Below, piece by piece: positions 55,808-64,000 of a stretch of 64,000 nucleotides of DNA (positions are counted from its first letter, which is position 1; every line of letters begins with the position of its first letter). The position numbers were made by a program, and so were the translations under genes. Source of the DNA: Parcubacteria group bacterium GW2011_GWA2_40_143 (GTDB lineage: Bacteria; Patescibacteriota; Minisyncoccia; UBA9983). The notes beneath the pieces were generated by a model that saw only the letters and a program-made list of their open reading frames with translations, did no database searches and was not told the DNA's origin. The stretch is taken from contig LBYH01000002.1 of the NCBI GenBank assembly GCA_000996035.1, forward strand, positions 8,979 to 72,978, read 5' to 3'.

Positions 55808-56914
55808 TTAGAGGATTTCTTTCAACATGTCTTTTATTTTTATCTCCGCTTCGGAGAAATTTTTGTACGGACCGGAGATTAGCAATCCGTTTTTTTCTTC
55901 CATTACCATCTTCGCGTTTAGTTTCGTTGTCGTCTCGCTGCTTCCTTTGGCGTTCATGCCCGCCCGAATGTTTCCTTGTTGATCTTGCCAAATTAAGAAG
56001 ATGGTTTTTTGACTGTTTATGATATTGCCTATGCGAGTGATTATTTTATAAATTGTTTCATAATCATCTCCCATTGTCCCCGATTTCTCAAAATCGGCAT
56101 ATTGGAGAAACGACCAGACGCTTTTTAGAGGTTCGTTTATGGTCATTCTTGCCAGCGCTCGGCCGAAGAGGCGATTAAGAGACTGATTGTTCTCTTTGGC
56201 TAAAGCGTTTCTTACCGTTCGCTTATCCGCCCCGATTTTTATAAGCGTGCTGGCCAAATCAAGATTTTCCGCCGTAAGGTCTCCGGAGAGATTATCTGTT
56301 TCCACCAGCAACGAAGCGAGCAAGATGCTCGGAATTTTTGTTTCTTCATAAGAGCCGGCATTGTCGGCTGCCCGTATCAGCTCAAAGGTTTTATCAGCTA
56401 TTGATCGCCCTCCTTTTTCCATAAAAATTATATTTTCTCTGTTTGGCAGAGATATTTTTTCTGAAAGTTCTTCAAAAATGGTTTCGTCTGACGATGATTG
56501 GTCGTTGCGCAAGAAACAAAAAGCAATGTCCGCTTGGATAGGATTATGTCTGAAGATTATGTCTTCTTTTTTAATTCTCTCGGTTGAAGAATTTATGTCT
56601 ATACTCACGTAGCCGTTTTCTTCGGTGTAGGAAATTTCTTTTAAGTTTATTTTATTTTTCGGTATAAGTATGGATGTTGAATAAAAGAATGGCGCTTCCT
56701 CAAATGGCGGTAATATGTCGGTCCATTTTTTCAAAATTGACGATCTGGAGTTTTCCGGAAGTTTATATGTTTTGGCGTTTATGTTTTTAAGAGCGGTTAG
56801 AAGCGCTTCTTTGGCAAGCAAACTTTCTTCCGGAGTTTTTTCATCGGAAATCAAAACAAACGATCCTCCAGCAGCGACTGTTTTTTGGATGTTTGTTTCT
56901 TGTTCCCGAGTCAT
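55808..56914 (-). CDS. Hypothetical cytoplasmic protein upstream of pilB
   Basis: 368 aa, no TM segments; only 26 nt upstream of pilB, so possibly co-transcribed. Confidence 0.4.
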   Translation of the reverse strand: MTREQETNIQKTVAAGGSFVLISDEKTPEESLLAKEALLTALKNINAKTYKLPENSRSSILKKWTDILPPFEEAPFFYSTSILIPKNKINLKEISYTEENGYVSIDINSSTERIKKEDIIFRHNPIQADIAFCFLRNDQSSSDETIFEELSEKISLPNRENIIFMEKGGRSIADKTFELIRAADNAGSYEETKIPSILLASLLVETDNLSGDLTAENLDLASTLIKIGADKRTVRNALAKENNQSLNRLFGRALARMTINEPLKSVWSFLQYADFEKSGTMGDDYETIYKIITRIGNIINSQKTIFLIWQDQQGNIRAGMNAKGSSETTTKLNAKMVMEEKNGLLISGPYKNFSEAEIKIKDMLKEIL

Positions 56915-57013
56915 ACTAGCATTCCTAGCATTTTGACTCTACGGTTGCAAGATTGACTCTCTCCTGATTGTGTTTGGTTTGTTTGATTTTTAAAAAATGC
57001 TAGAATTTGCCTA

Positions 57014-57496
57014 ATGAAAAAAAGGATAATCACAAAGAATCTTGAGGAGTTTATCAGCCTCGTTCAAATTATCGCCAAGAACTCATTGTCAAGGTTGAAC
57101 CTTGACAATGGAGGTGGCGCGACCGTGCTGGCGCTTTATGGCGAATTGGGCGCGGGTAAAACCACTTTCGCGCGCGCGTTTGCCGAAACATTGGGAGTAA
57201 AAGAAAAAATTAAAAGTCCGACTTTTATAATTTTCAGAAAATCAAAAATAGAAAATAAGGAATGGAGCGAGAAAGTTTTTGAAAATTTTTATCATTTTGA
57301 TGTTTACAGAATTCATAATGAAAAAGAAATTTTAAATCTCGGCTGGGAAGAAATAATTTCTAATCCACGCAATATTGTTTTGGTGGAGTGGGCGGATAAA
57401 ATAGAAAGTATCTTGCCTAAAAACCATATTGAGGTAGTCCTCAAACATAAAGAAGAGGGAAAAAGAGAAGTGGAGGTGATGATGGCAAAGGTGTGA
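57014..57496 (+). CDS. tsaE: tRNA threonylcarbamoyladenosine biosynthesis protein TsaE, carrying an in-frame 9-codon palindrome insertion
   Basis: 'VLALYGELGAGKTTFARAFAETLGV', 'SPTFIIF', 'HFDVYR', 'VLVEWADK'. The palindrome-encoded SLSRLNLDN precedes the P-loop. Confidence 0.8.
   Translation: MKKRIITKNLEEFISLVQIIAKNSLSRLNLDNGGGATVLALYGELGAGKTTFARAFAETLGVKEKIKSPTFIIFRKSKIENKEWSEKVFENFYHFDVYRIHNEKEILNLGWEEIISNPRNIVLVEWADKIESILPKNHIEVVLKHKEEGKREVEVMMAKV
57084..57110. repeat. REP-like 27-bp perfect palindrome CATTGTCAAGGTT-G-AACCTTGACAATG inside tsaE
   Basis: Identical to the gpmI copy (39325-39353); in the coding frame it reads LSRLNLDNG. Confidence 0.75.
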
Positions 57497-57506
57497 TAGA
57501 ATTATA

Positions 57507-59783
57507 GTGATGACTAATAAAGATCGCAAAATCCTCGTTCTCTTGGATGCTCATGCCATTTTGCACAGGGCGTTTCATGCGCTTCCTGATTTTACTTCGC
57601 CAAATGGCGAGCCGACGGGAGCGCTTTACGGTTTCACCGCCTTTTTAATAAAAGTTATTCGCGAACTAAAACCGGATTACATTGCCGCTTGTTATGATTT
57701 GCCGGAGCCGACTTTTCGCCATGTCGCGTACAAAAATTACAAGGCCGGTCGAGCGAAAATGGATGACGCTTTGGCTAAGCAGATCAATCGTTCGCGCGAC
57801 ATTCTGAAGAACTTCAATATTCCCGTTTATGACGCGCCCGGGTTTGAAGCGGACGATGTGCTTGGCACGATTGTAGAAAAAGTCAAAAGTCAAAAGTCAA
57901 AAATCAAAACGATCGTGGCTTCCGGAGATATGGATACGCTCCAGCTTGTAAGCGGCAATGATGTGGTGGTGTACACTCTTAGAAAAGGCATTCAAGATAC
58001 TATCGTGTATAACGACAAGACGGTGAAAGAGCGATACGGCTTTGGGCCGAAGCTGGTGCCGGATTTTAAGGCGCTCAAAGGCGATCCATCGGACAACATT
58101 TTAGGCGTGCCGGGCATAGGCGATAAAACAGCCACGGAGCTTATCGTAAAATACGGCAATATAGAAAATTTATACAAGAAACTTAAAAAAGGAGAAGTGG
58201 AAGCGAAGCCGCGAATTTTAAAACTGCTTGAGGAAAATGAAGAAGAAGCCGAGTTTAGTAAAACTTTGGCGGAGATTAGAAAAGACGCGCCGATAAAGTT
58301 TAATCTTGAAGACACTGAATGGAAAAATGGCTTCAGCGAAAGTGAGGTAAGAAATATTTTCGACGAACTTGGTTTCAGGAGTTTGGCCGCAAGATTGTTT
58401 AATCAAAAAACAGAAGAGAAGGCTGGTGACGCGACGAGAGGCGACACCACACCAGTTGGCAATGGAGATGTCGTGGACGATCTTAAAGAAAGATTTAAAA
58501 AAGTAAATTCCGAATTGCCGGAAAAGTTATATAAGGAAGTGGAAATTCCGCTTATAAAAATTCTGGAAGAGATGCAGGAAACCGGCATATTACTTGACGT
58601 GAAATATTTAGAAAAGCTTTCCGCTGAGAGTCACAAGGAATTAACCGCTTTGGAGAAAAAGATTTGGAAAATGGCCGACGAAGAATTTAATATTTCTTCA
58701 CCTAAACAAATGGGACAGATTCTTTTTGAAAAGCTCAATTTGGCGGCAGGAAATAAAATTAAAAAAACAGCCACCGGCGCGTATTCCACAAATATTTCCG
58801 AGCTCACCAAGCTTAAAGGCAAACATCCCATTATAGATGAAATTATTTTTTACAGAGAACTTTCCAAGCTCGTGTCCACATATATAGACGCGTTGCCGAA
58901 GCTCGCGGATAAAAATAATCGGTTACACACTACCTTTGATCAAGCCGGCACGGCCACCGGCAGAATTTCTTCTCAAGAGCCGAACTTGCAGAATATCCCG
59001 AAGAGATCAGATAAAGGCAAAGAAGTCAGAAGAGCTTTTGTGTCCGACAAAGGATTTAAGCTCGTGGCCTTTGACTACTCGCAAGTAGAGCTTAGGGTGG
59101 CCGCCATTTTAAGCGGTGATGAAAAACTCATTGAAGTTTTTAAAAAAGATGAAGACGTACACGCGGCGGTGGCCAGCGAAGTTTTTGGCGTAACTTTGGC
59201 GCAAGTAACGCCGGAGATGAGGCGAGTGGCCAAGGTGATAGATTTCGGTATTATCTACGGCATGGGTATAAACGCGCTTAGACAAAACATAGGTTGTTCT
59301 AAAGAAGAGGCGCAGAAATTTTATAATGAGTATTTTAAAAAATTTGCCGGCGTGGCGAAATACATGGAAAAAATTAAGAAAGAAGTTTACGTCAAAGGCT
59401 GCACTGAAACACTCTTCGGCAGAAAAAGATTTTTTCCGGAAATAAAATCACATATGGAATATGTGAGAAAGGAGGCGGAGCGCATGGCGATAAACGCGCC
59501 TATCCAAGGCACGGCGGCGGATATGGTGAAGATGGCTATGGTGGCGGTGAACAGAGCTTTGGAAAAAGAAGGGTTCAAAGGCGATGTGAAGATGCTTCTT
59601 CAAATTCATGATGAACTGCTCTTTGAAATAAAAGAGGAGAAAATCAAAGTTGCCACGCCTATTATAATAGAAGCGATGGAAGGTGTGTATAAAGGGGAAG
59701 TACCTATAAAAGTGAACGCGGAGATAGGGGATAATTGGGACGAGATGGTTCTTACCCAAAAAAGACAGACTTTGACAAAGTGA
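57507..59783 (+). CDS. polA: DNA polymerase I (5'-3' exonuclease + polymerase; no 3'-5' proofreading domain apparent)
   Basis: 758 aa; N-terminal FEN-like 'ILVLLDAHAILHRAFHAL', polymerase motifs 'DYSQVELRVAAILSGD', 'RRVAKVIDFGIIYGMG', 'LLQIHDELLFE'. Confidence 0.9.
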   Translation: MMTNKDRKILVLLDAHAILHRAFHALPDFTSPNGEPTGALYGFTAFLIKVIRELKPDYIAACYDLPEPTFRHVAYKNYKAGRAKMDDALAKQINRSRDILKNFNIPVYDAPGFEADDVLGTIVEKVKSQKSKIKTIVASGDMDTLQLVSGNDVVVYTLRKGIQDTIVYNDKTVKERYGFGPKLVPDFKALKGDPSDNILGVPGIGDKTATELIVKYGNIENLYKKLKKGEVEAKPRILKLLEENEEEAEFSKTLAEIRKDAPIKFNLEDTEWKNGFSESEVRNIFDELGFRSLAARLFNQKTEEKAGDATRGDTTPVGNGDVVDDLKERFKKVNSELPEKLYKEVEIPLIKILEEMQETGILLDVKYLEKLSAESHKELTALEKKIWKMADEEFNISSPKQMGQILFEKLNLAAGNKIKKTATGAYSTNISELTKLKGKHPIIDEIIFYRELSKLVSTYIDALPKLADKNNRLHTTFDQAGTATGRISSQEPNLQNIPKRSDKGKEVRRAFVSDKGFKLVAFDYSQVELRVAAILSGDEKLIEVFKKDEDVHAAVASEVFGVTLAQVTPEMRRVAKVIDFGIIYGMGINALRQNIGCSKEEAQKFYNEYFKKFAGVAKYMEKIKKEVYVKGCTETLFGRKRFFPEIKSHMEYVRKEAERMAINAPIQGTAADMVKMAMVAVNRALEKEGFKGDVKMLLQIHDELLFEIKEEKIKVATPIIIEAMEGVYKGEVPIKVNAEIGDNWDEMVLTQKRQTLTK

Positions 59784-60026
59784 TTGATGAAGAAATCAAA
59801 AGAGTCGAATATCTTTTGAACATTTGTCCCAGAAAAAGCTGGCGGAAAAACTCCACTTGAAGTATTCTATGATAGAATAGGTAATATATGATGTATTGAA
59901 TGTACCATCATAAAAAAAGTGATTACTTAAAAAAGAAGTTTAATAGATCTATACAACCTACCGCCTGCTAACAAGTAAAGAACCACATAAATTTGCTTTT
60001 CTTTTAACTTCTGGTAATATATTTTT

Positions 60027-60173
60027 ATGAAAAAACAAATTAAAAATAAAGTTTTATCGTTTTCTGTGATTTATGAAGCTGATCCAAACGGCGGCTATGT
60101 TGCTTATAATATTCAATTCCTCAAGAGCAAAGAATTTTACAAGGAAGAGTTGAGATTTCGGTTTAAATTATGA
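60027..60173 (+). pseudogene. Truncated HicB-like fragment (48 aa)
   Basis: 'MKKQIKNKVLSFSVIYEADPNGGYVAYNIQFLKSKEFYKEELRFRFKL' parallels the intact HicB N-terminus 'KKIYNFTAIFEPAEEGGYIVYIPAIP' (30272..30520); stops after about 48 of the expected ~80 aa. Confidence 0.4.
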
Positions 60174-60334
60174 AAAAACTGCCTAGTCTAAAAGCAAAAG
60201 ATGTTGTTAGGATTTTAAAGAAATTGGGTTTTGAAGAAGATCGTCAAAAAGGCAGTCATTTGATTTTAATTTTTACATTATTCACCATAGTAATGTTTAA
60301 AGAATCGCAAAAATTTGACAAAACTTATTTTTAA
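60170..60334 (+). pseudogene. HicA-like toxin remnant (54 aa, diverges after the conserved GSH)
   Basis: 'MKKLPSLKAKDVVRILKKLGFEEDRQKGSHLIL...' matches the HicA/YcfA N-terminal pattern (L.K.L...GW...R..GSH), then loses similarity. ATGA start/stop overlap with the upstream fragment. Confidence 0.4.
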
Positions 60335-60442
60335 AGTATAATTTTAAGCAGAAATTGAAACTTATTTTTGTTTTCAAACTTGGTTCTGGTCAATCGGGTT
60401 TGATACTTTTAAAAAGCGGACCAGCGCGAGAAGGAGGAATAA

Positions 60443-60844
60443 ATGTTTAAAGGAAGAAACAGATTTTTAATTTTATTTTTGATTATTTGTTTAGCCGGTG
60501 TTGGTTGCGCCAGTAACACCGGGAAATACGGTGGCGGTGGTGCGGCTGGAGGAGCGGCTATTGGAGCTCTTGCAGGACAAGCACTTGGTGGAAATACGGC
60601 TGCCACACTGATGGGCGCTGGCGCTGGCGCTGTAGCTGGAGCTATCGGAGGCATGATCTACGGAACCGGCAAAGACAAAAAAGAAACTCAGGCGCAGATT
60701 AACCAACAACAACAATACCAATCTGTACAGACTCAAGGCACCACGATGCAAGCACCACCCGGCCAATGGGTAAAAATATCAGGCCAATGGATCAATGGAG
60801 TCTGGGTGCCCGAGCACTTGGAATGGCGCGCGGTCCAACCGTAA
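60443..60844 (+). CDS. Glycine-zipper (17-kDa-antigen/SlyB-like) putative lipoprotein
   Basis: 133 aa; signal peptide with Cys22, 'GAAIGALAGQALGGNTAATLMGAGAGAVAGAIGG' glycine-zipper 2TM pattern, Gln-rich tail. Strong RBS 'AAGGAGGAATAAATG'. Confidence 0.55.
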   Translation: MFKGRNRFLILFLIICLAGVGCASNTGKYGGGGAAGGAAIGALAGQALGGNTAATLMGAGAGAVAGAIGGMIYGTGKDKKETQAQINQQQQYQSVQTQGTTMQAPPGQWVKISGQWINGVWVPEHLEWRAVQP

Positions 60845-60925
60845 GGCCATAAAATTAAAAAAAACAAAAGCAGGCCGTTTAATATAACGCAACCTGCTTT
60901 TTCTTTTTTATGCTAAAATTGAATC

Positions 60926-61813
60926 ATGTTTTATCTCCTCCACGGCCAAGACACATATAGAAGCAGAAATAAGCTCAATGAGCTTATTTCGCATTTTAAA
61001 ACCAAAGTTTCCGGCTTGGGTTTCTTTGATATGGACAAAGAGAGTTTTAGCGAAGCCGACTTTGAGGAGTTGCTTAAAACCAAAAATCTTTTTGAGAGAA
61101 AATACGTGACGGTGTGTCGCCGGCTTTTAGAAGATAAAATTTCGTCCGGATTTATAATTAAAAATTTGGAACTTTGCGCCGGCTCGGAAAATATCTTTCT
61201 GTTTTGGGAAGGGGATCTTGAGCAAGAACTGGTGGAAGCGGCGGAAAAGCGCGCTGTCAAAACGCAAAAGTTTGACTTACTAGACGGAACGCGTTTGGCT
61301 AAGTGGTACGCGGATAAAAAATTACCGGTCAAAGTTGCCGAAGCCATTAAGAAAGAGTGTGGAGCCGATTTGAGCCGCGCGGAAAAGGAGATAGAAAAAT
61401 ACGAACTTGGAGACCCCTGTTTTGGAGACTTAGTCTCCAAAACAGGGGGAGTGCCGGCTTACAATCCTTTTGCCATTTGCGACGCTTTCGCGGAGAAAAA
61501 TAAAATGAAGGCGTGGATTATTTATCATCAAGCGTTAAGACAGGGTGTTTCGGCTGAAGAAGTGTTTTTTAAAATCGCATGGCAGATAAAAAATTTACTT
61601 TTGGTAAAGGGGCTACAAAAGTTTGGCTCGCCAAATATGGAAAAAAGTTCAGGCTTGCATCCATTTGTATTTAAAAAAACTTTGCGGGCGGCGCAAAATT
61701 TTACCGAAGGAGAATTGGAAAAATATTCTTATGAGATGCTGAAAATTTATCACGAAGAAAGAAGAGGGAGAGCGGAGTTGTCGGTAGAATTTGAAAAAAT
61801 GCTCATTAGTTGA
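60926..61813 (+). CDS. holA: DNA polymerase III delta subunit
   Basis: 295 aa; 'FYLLHGQDTYRSRNKLNELI' is HolA-like; clamp-loader fold length. Confidence 0.55.
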   Translation: MFYLLHGQDTYRSRNKLNELISHFKTKVSGLGFFDMDKESFSEADFEELLKTKNLFERKYVTVCRRLLEDKISSGFIIKNLELCAGSENIFLFWEGDLEQELVEAAEKRAVKTQKFDLLDGTRLAKWYADKKLPVKVAEAIKKECGADLSRAEKEIEKYELGDPCFGDLVSKTGGVPAYNPFAICDAFAEKNKMKAWIIYHQALRQGVSAEEVFFKIAWQIKNLLLVKGLQKFGSPNMEKSSGLHPFVFKKTLRAAQNFTEGELEKYSYEMLKIYHEERRGRAELSVEFEKMLIS

Positions 61814-61817
61814 AATT

Positions 61818-62249
61818 TTACTCTATTTTATCTATCCTTCTTTTGTATTTTTCTCCGTTGGAAAATGGCGTTTGGAGCCAAGCAGAAATTATTTTTTTGG
61901 CCAGCTCAAAATCCACTTCATCGGCGGGAAGAGACAGGACGTTGGTGTCGTCATGCTCGCGAGATTGTCTGGCGGTTTCTATGTCGTCCGCCAAAGCGGA
62001 GCGGATACCGCGAAATTTGTTGGCCGTAATATCCACTCCCACTCCTGATCCGCAGATAAGGATGCCTTTGTTGTTTTGCGGATTTTGAGAAACTTTTTCC
62101 GCCACCGCTTTGGCGAAGTCGGTGTAATCATCGTTTGGGTCAAAGATATTATTCCCCAAATCGGCAAAGTCATAACCGCTCTCTTTTAAGAAAGCCCTTA
62201 AATCTTCTTTTAATTTATAGCCACGGTGATCCGCGCCGATATATAGCAT
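61818..62249 (-). CDS. rpiB: Ribose-5-phosphate isomerase B
   Basis: 143 aa; 'MLYIGADHRGYKLKEDL', 'GILICGSGVGVDITANKFRGIRSAL'. Confidence 0.9.
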   Translation of the reverse strand: MLYIGADHRGYKLKEDLRAFLKESGYDFADLGNNIFDPNDDYTDFAKAVAEKVSQNPQNNKGILICGSGVGVDITANKFRGIRSALADDIETARQSREHDDTNVLSLPADEVDFELAKKIISAWLQTPFSNGEKYKRRIDKIE

Positions 62250-62418
62250 AAGTTTATTTTAATTGTTTTAAAATAAAACACCACTATCGCTCGTTTACAA
62301 TGAAATCCCCCCCCCATATCCTTTTTCTTGTTTGCGTGGTATATTTAGAATTACAAACAAAGACACCAAGTTACAAGCAAGATTAATTTAATAAAGTTAT
62401 TTCTAAAAAATTAAACCA

Positions 62419-62871
62419 ATGACACGACATCTAAAAATCGCCGCCATTATTTTTCTCATCATAAGCGCGCTTGGCTTTCTTGATGCCGCTTATCTCGCGA
62501 TTGATCACTATCGCGGAAATATACCCCCTTGCACGATACAGGGATGTGAAATCGTGCTTACCAGTGCGCAGAGCAAGATTGCCGGCGTTCCCGTGGCTCT
62601 TTTGGGGGCGTTGTATTATTTTACGCTTCTTATTTTATCCATCGCGTATTTGGATAAAAAGAATGAGATGCTCATTAAGATTGCTTCAAAGCTTACTCCA
62701 CTGGGATTTGTCGCTTCTTTGTATTTTGTTTATCTTCAATTTTTTACAATTAAAGCAATTTGCCAATATTGCATGGCATCCGCCACTACTTCAACACTCC
62801 TTTTTATTACAGGCATGTACATTATCGTCAAAATGCGTCATAGGTCTGGTGGTGTAGAAATTAAAAAATAA
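62419..62871 (+). CDS. Vitamin K epoxide reductase (VKOR) family membrane protein
   Basis: 150 aa; four TM segments, loop Cys pair 'CTIQGCE', active-site 'CQYC' at the start of the last TM. Confidence 0.7.
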   Translation: MTRHLKIAAIIFLIISALGFLDAAYLAIDHYRGNIPPCTIQGCEIVLTSAQSKIAGVPVALLGALYYFTLLILSIAYLDKKNEMLIKIASKLTPLGFVASLYFVYLQFFTIKAICQYCMASATTSTLLFITGMYIIVKMRHRSGGVEIKK

Positions 62872-62880
62872 TTTACCAAT

Positions 62881-63504
62881 ATGAATAAAATAAAAACTTT
62901 TGTTATCACTGTTACTGTTTCTGCCTTGGTCGGCAGTTTGGCAACCTTTGGCATGATGAATTTGTTCGTCGGCTCAAAAGAGAAAACAAGCAATGAGCTT
63001 ATTAAAGAATTTTATGCGGTTGAGACTGCTGCGCATGTGAGCCCTCACGGCCTGCGTGGCAAACTTGATAAGGGCGGCACCACGGTTCTTTTGATTGACC
63101 TGCGAAGTGCGCAAGAATATGAGCGTGAACACATTATTGGCGCTATCAACATTCCCGCTTATTCAGATCCTAATACGCCGGCGTACGAGGATGTTGATCG
63201 AATTGTGAGACAATTTAAAGAGGCTATTGCCGCAAATCCTAATAAAGAAGTTGTTACTTATTGTTACAGCCTTCCTTGTATGACTGGAAGAAAAATCGGG
63301 AAAATGTTGTCTGAGCACGATATTTATGTGAGAACACTTGGTATTGGCTGGAATGAATGGCGGTATTTTTGGACATTATGGAATCATGAGCATGAATGGG
63401 AAGTTACAAAACCGGAAGATTATGTTTGGAAAGGAAAGGAGCCTGGCGTTCCTGTTCAGCGAGAATTACCTTCTCCGTGCGGTGAAGGAGAGTTTAGCTG
63501 CTAG
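62881..63504 (+). CDS. Secreted rhodanese-domain protein
   Basis: 207 aa; signal anchor, 'VLLIDLRSAQEYEREHIIGAINIP', catalytic-loop Cys 'TYCYSLPCMTGRK', C-terminal 'CGEGEFSC'. Confidence 0.7.
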   Translation: MNKIKTFVITVTVSALVGSLATFGMMNLFVGSKEKTSNELIKEFYAVETAAHVSPHGLRGKLDKGGTTVLLIDLRSAQEYEREHIIGAINIPAYSDPNTPAYEDVDRIVRQFKEAIAANPNKEVVTYCYSLPCMTGRKIGKMLSEHDIYVRTLGIGWNEWRYFWTLWNHEHEWEVTKPEDYVWKGKEPGVPVQRELPSPCGEGEFSC

Positions 63505-63647
63505 TCGTTCTTAGTATGACATCAAGGCGTTTAACTGCTTGTCGTCACACTTCGTGTGGAATTATACAACTCTGCTCGAACATTTTTTGAACGGAACTGA
63601 CCGCCTCGCCGCGCCCTCGCGGAAGGCCAGAATTTTTTCGCCGCCAA

Positions 63648-63944
63648 TCATCTTATCCCTGTATCAAATAAAATCGTGTATTCAGATATTTCGCCCGCTA
63701 TCACATTTACCAACTGACCCTGAATTCCCGGACCCAATGGTTCTGCCCATGTGATGTAGTATTCTCCTGCCGGAAGTGATACCGAGAAACTGCCGTCTCT
63801 CTGGGTTGAAAATCTTGTGAACTCAACATTTCCCATGGCGTTTTGGACAATGAATTCCCTGAATATGGGTTTGTCGGCGCATTTCGGATCGGGCGGGTTT
63901 TTTACAACTGGGCATGTCGGACCGAGCAATATCGTGCCGCTCAC
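63648..63944 (-). CDS. Hypothetical protein (possibly N-terminally incomplete near the window end)
   Basis: 98-aa track ORF; no recognisable motifs. Confidence 0.25.
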   Translation of the reverse strand: MSGTILLGPTCPVVKNPPDPKCADKPIFREFIVQNAMGNVEFTRFSTQRDGSFSVSLPAGEYYITWAEPLGPGIQGQLVNVIAGEISEYTILFDTGIR

Positions 63945-64000
63945 GCGGCCGATTCCTTCTGCAGTGATCCCCCTTACTATTTCGTCTACGGAAAGATTGT

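Noticed and set aside
1-64000. CRISPR arrays or cas genes
   Set aside because: No regularly spaced direct repeats with unique spacers were seen anywhere. The repeated sequences found are palindromic REP-like elements, a tRNA-end duplication and a heptamer microsatellite.

Overview
The window is a compact, low-GC bacterial chromosome segment that includes the replication origin. dnaA and dnaN are flanked by two DnaA-box clusters and an AT-rich putative unwinding element between dnaA and dnaN. Housekeeping operons are recognisable: rpsF-ssb-rpsR, rpsO-NYN-pnp, tig-clpP, rnpA-yidC-jag, yebC-ruvC and ruvB, pcrA, polA, pbp1A, gpmI, rny, hup, xerD-like, ung, cca and rsmA. Three tRNA genes (Gly-UCC, Pro-UGG, Arg-UCG) lie on the minus strand, none encoding CCA, and a CCA-adding enzyme gene is present. 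Overall gene content (Gram-positive-type VirB4/PrgI, RNase Y, short YidC, LysM-M23, Saccharibacteria-like type IV system) suggests a Patescibacteria/CPR-like or Gram-positive-type lineage; this is inference. The most notable content is: (1) a ~16.5 kb minus-strand type IV secretion-like cluster running from a large secreted surface module through VirB6-, VirB3/PrgI- and VirB4-like proteins (VirB4 interrupted by one in-frame TAA) and a pilin-like protein to a VirD4/TraG-family coupling ATPase, with rpsF-ssb-rpsR embedded inside it. (2) A REP-associated tyrosine transposase (RAYT, IS200-like HUH protein) flanked by 27-bp perfect palindromes. Related palindromes with the same core (CAAGGTT-N-AACCTTG) are inserted in-frame into the 5' coding regions of tsaE and gpmI, both encoding the peptide LSRLNLDNG. 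(3) A tRNA-Gly whose 3' end plus 35 nt of flank is directly repeated about 116 bp away, an integration-scar signature, next to an orphan hicB; a second, degenerate hicB/hicA pair lies about 30 kb away. (4) Smaller oddities: two tiny acidic ORFs with their own terminators (one ending CGVCGGCN), DnaA-box-like TGTGGATAA motifs upstream of several operons outside oriC, a 173-bp element with 27-bp terminal inverted repeats between ruvB and pilB, a C9 homopolymer in a divergent promoter, and a VKOR-rhodanese gene pair.
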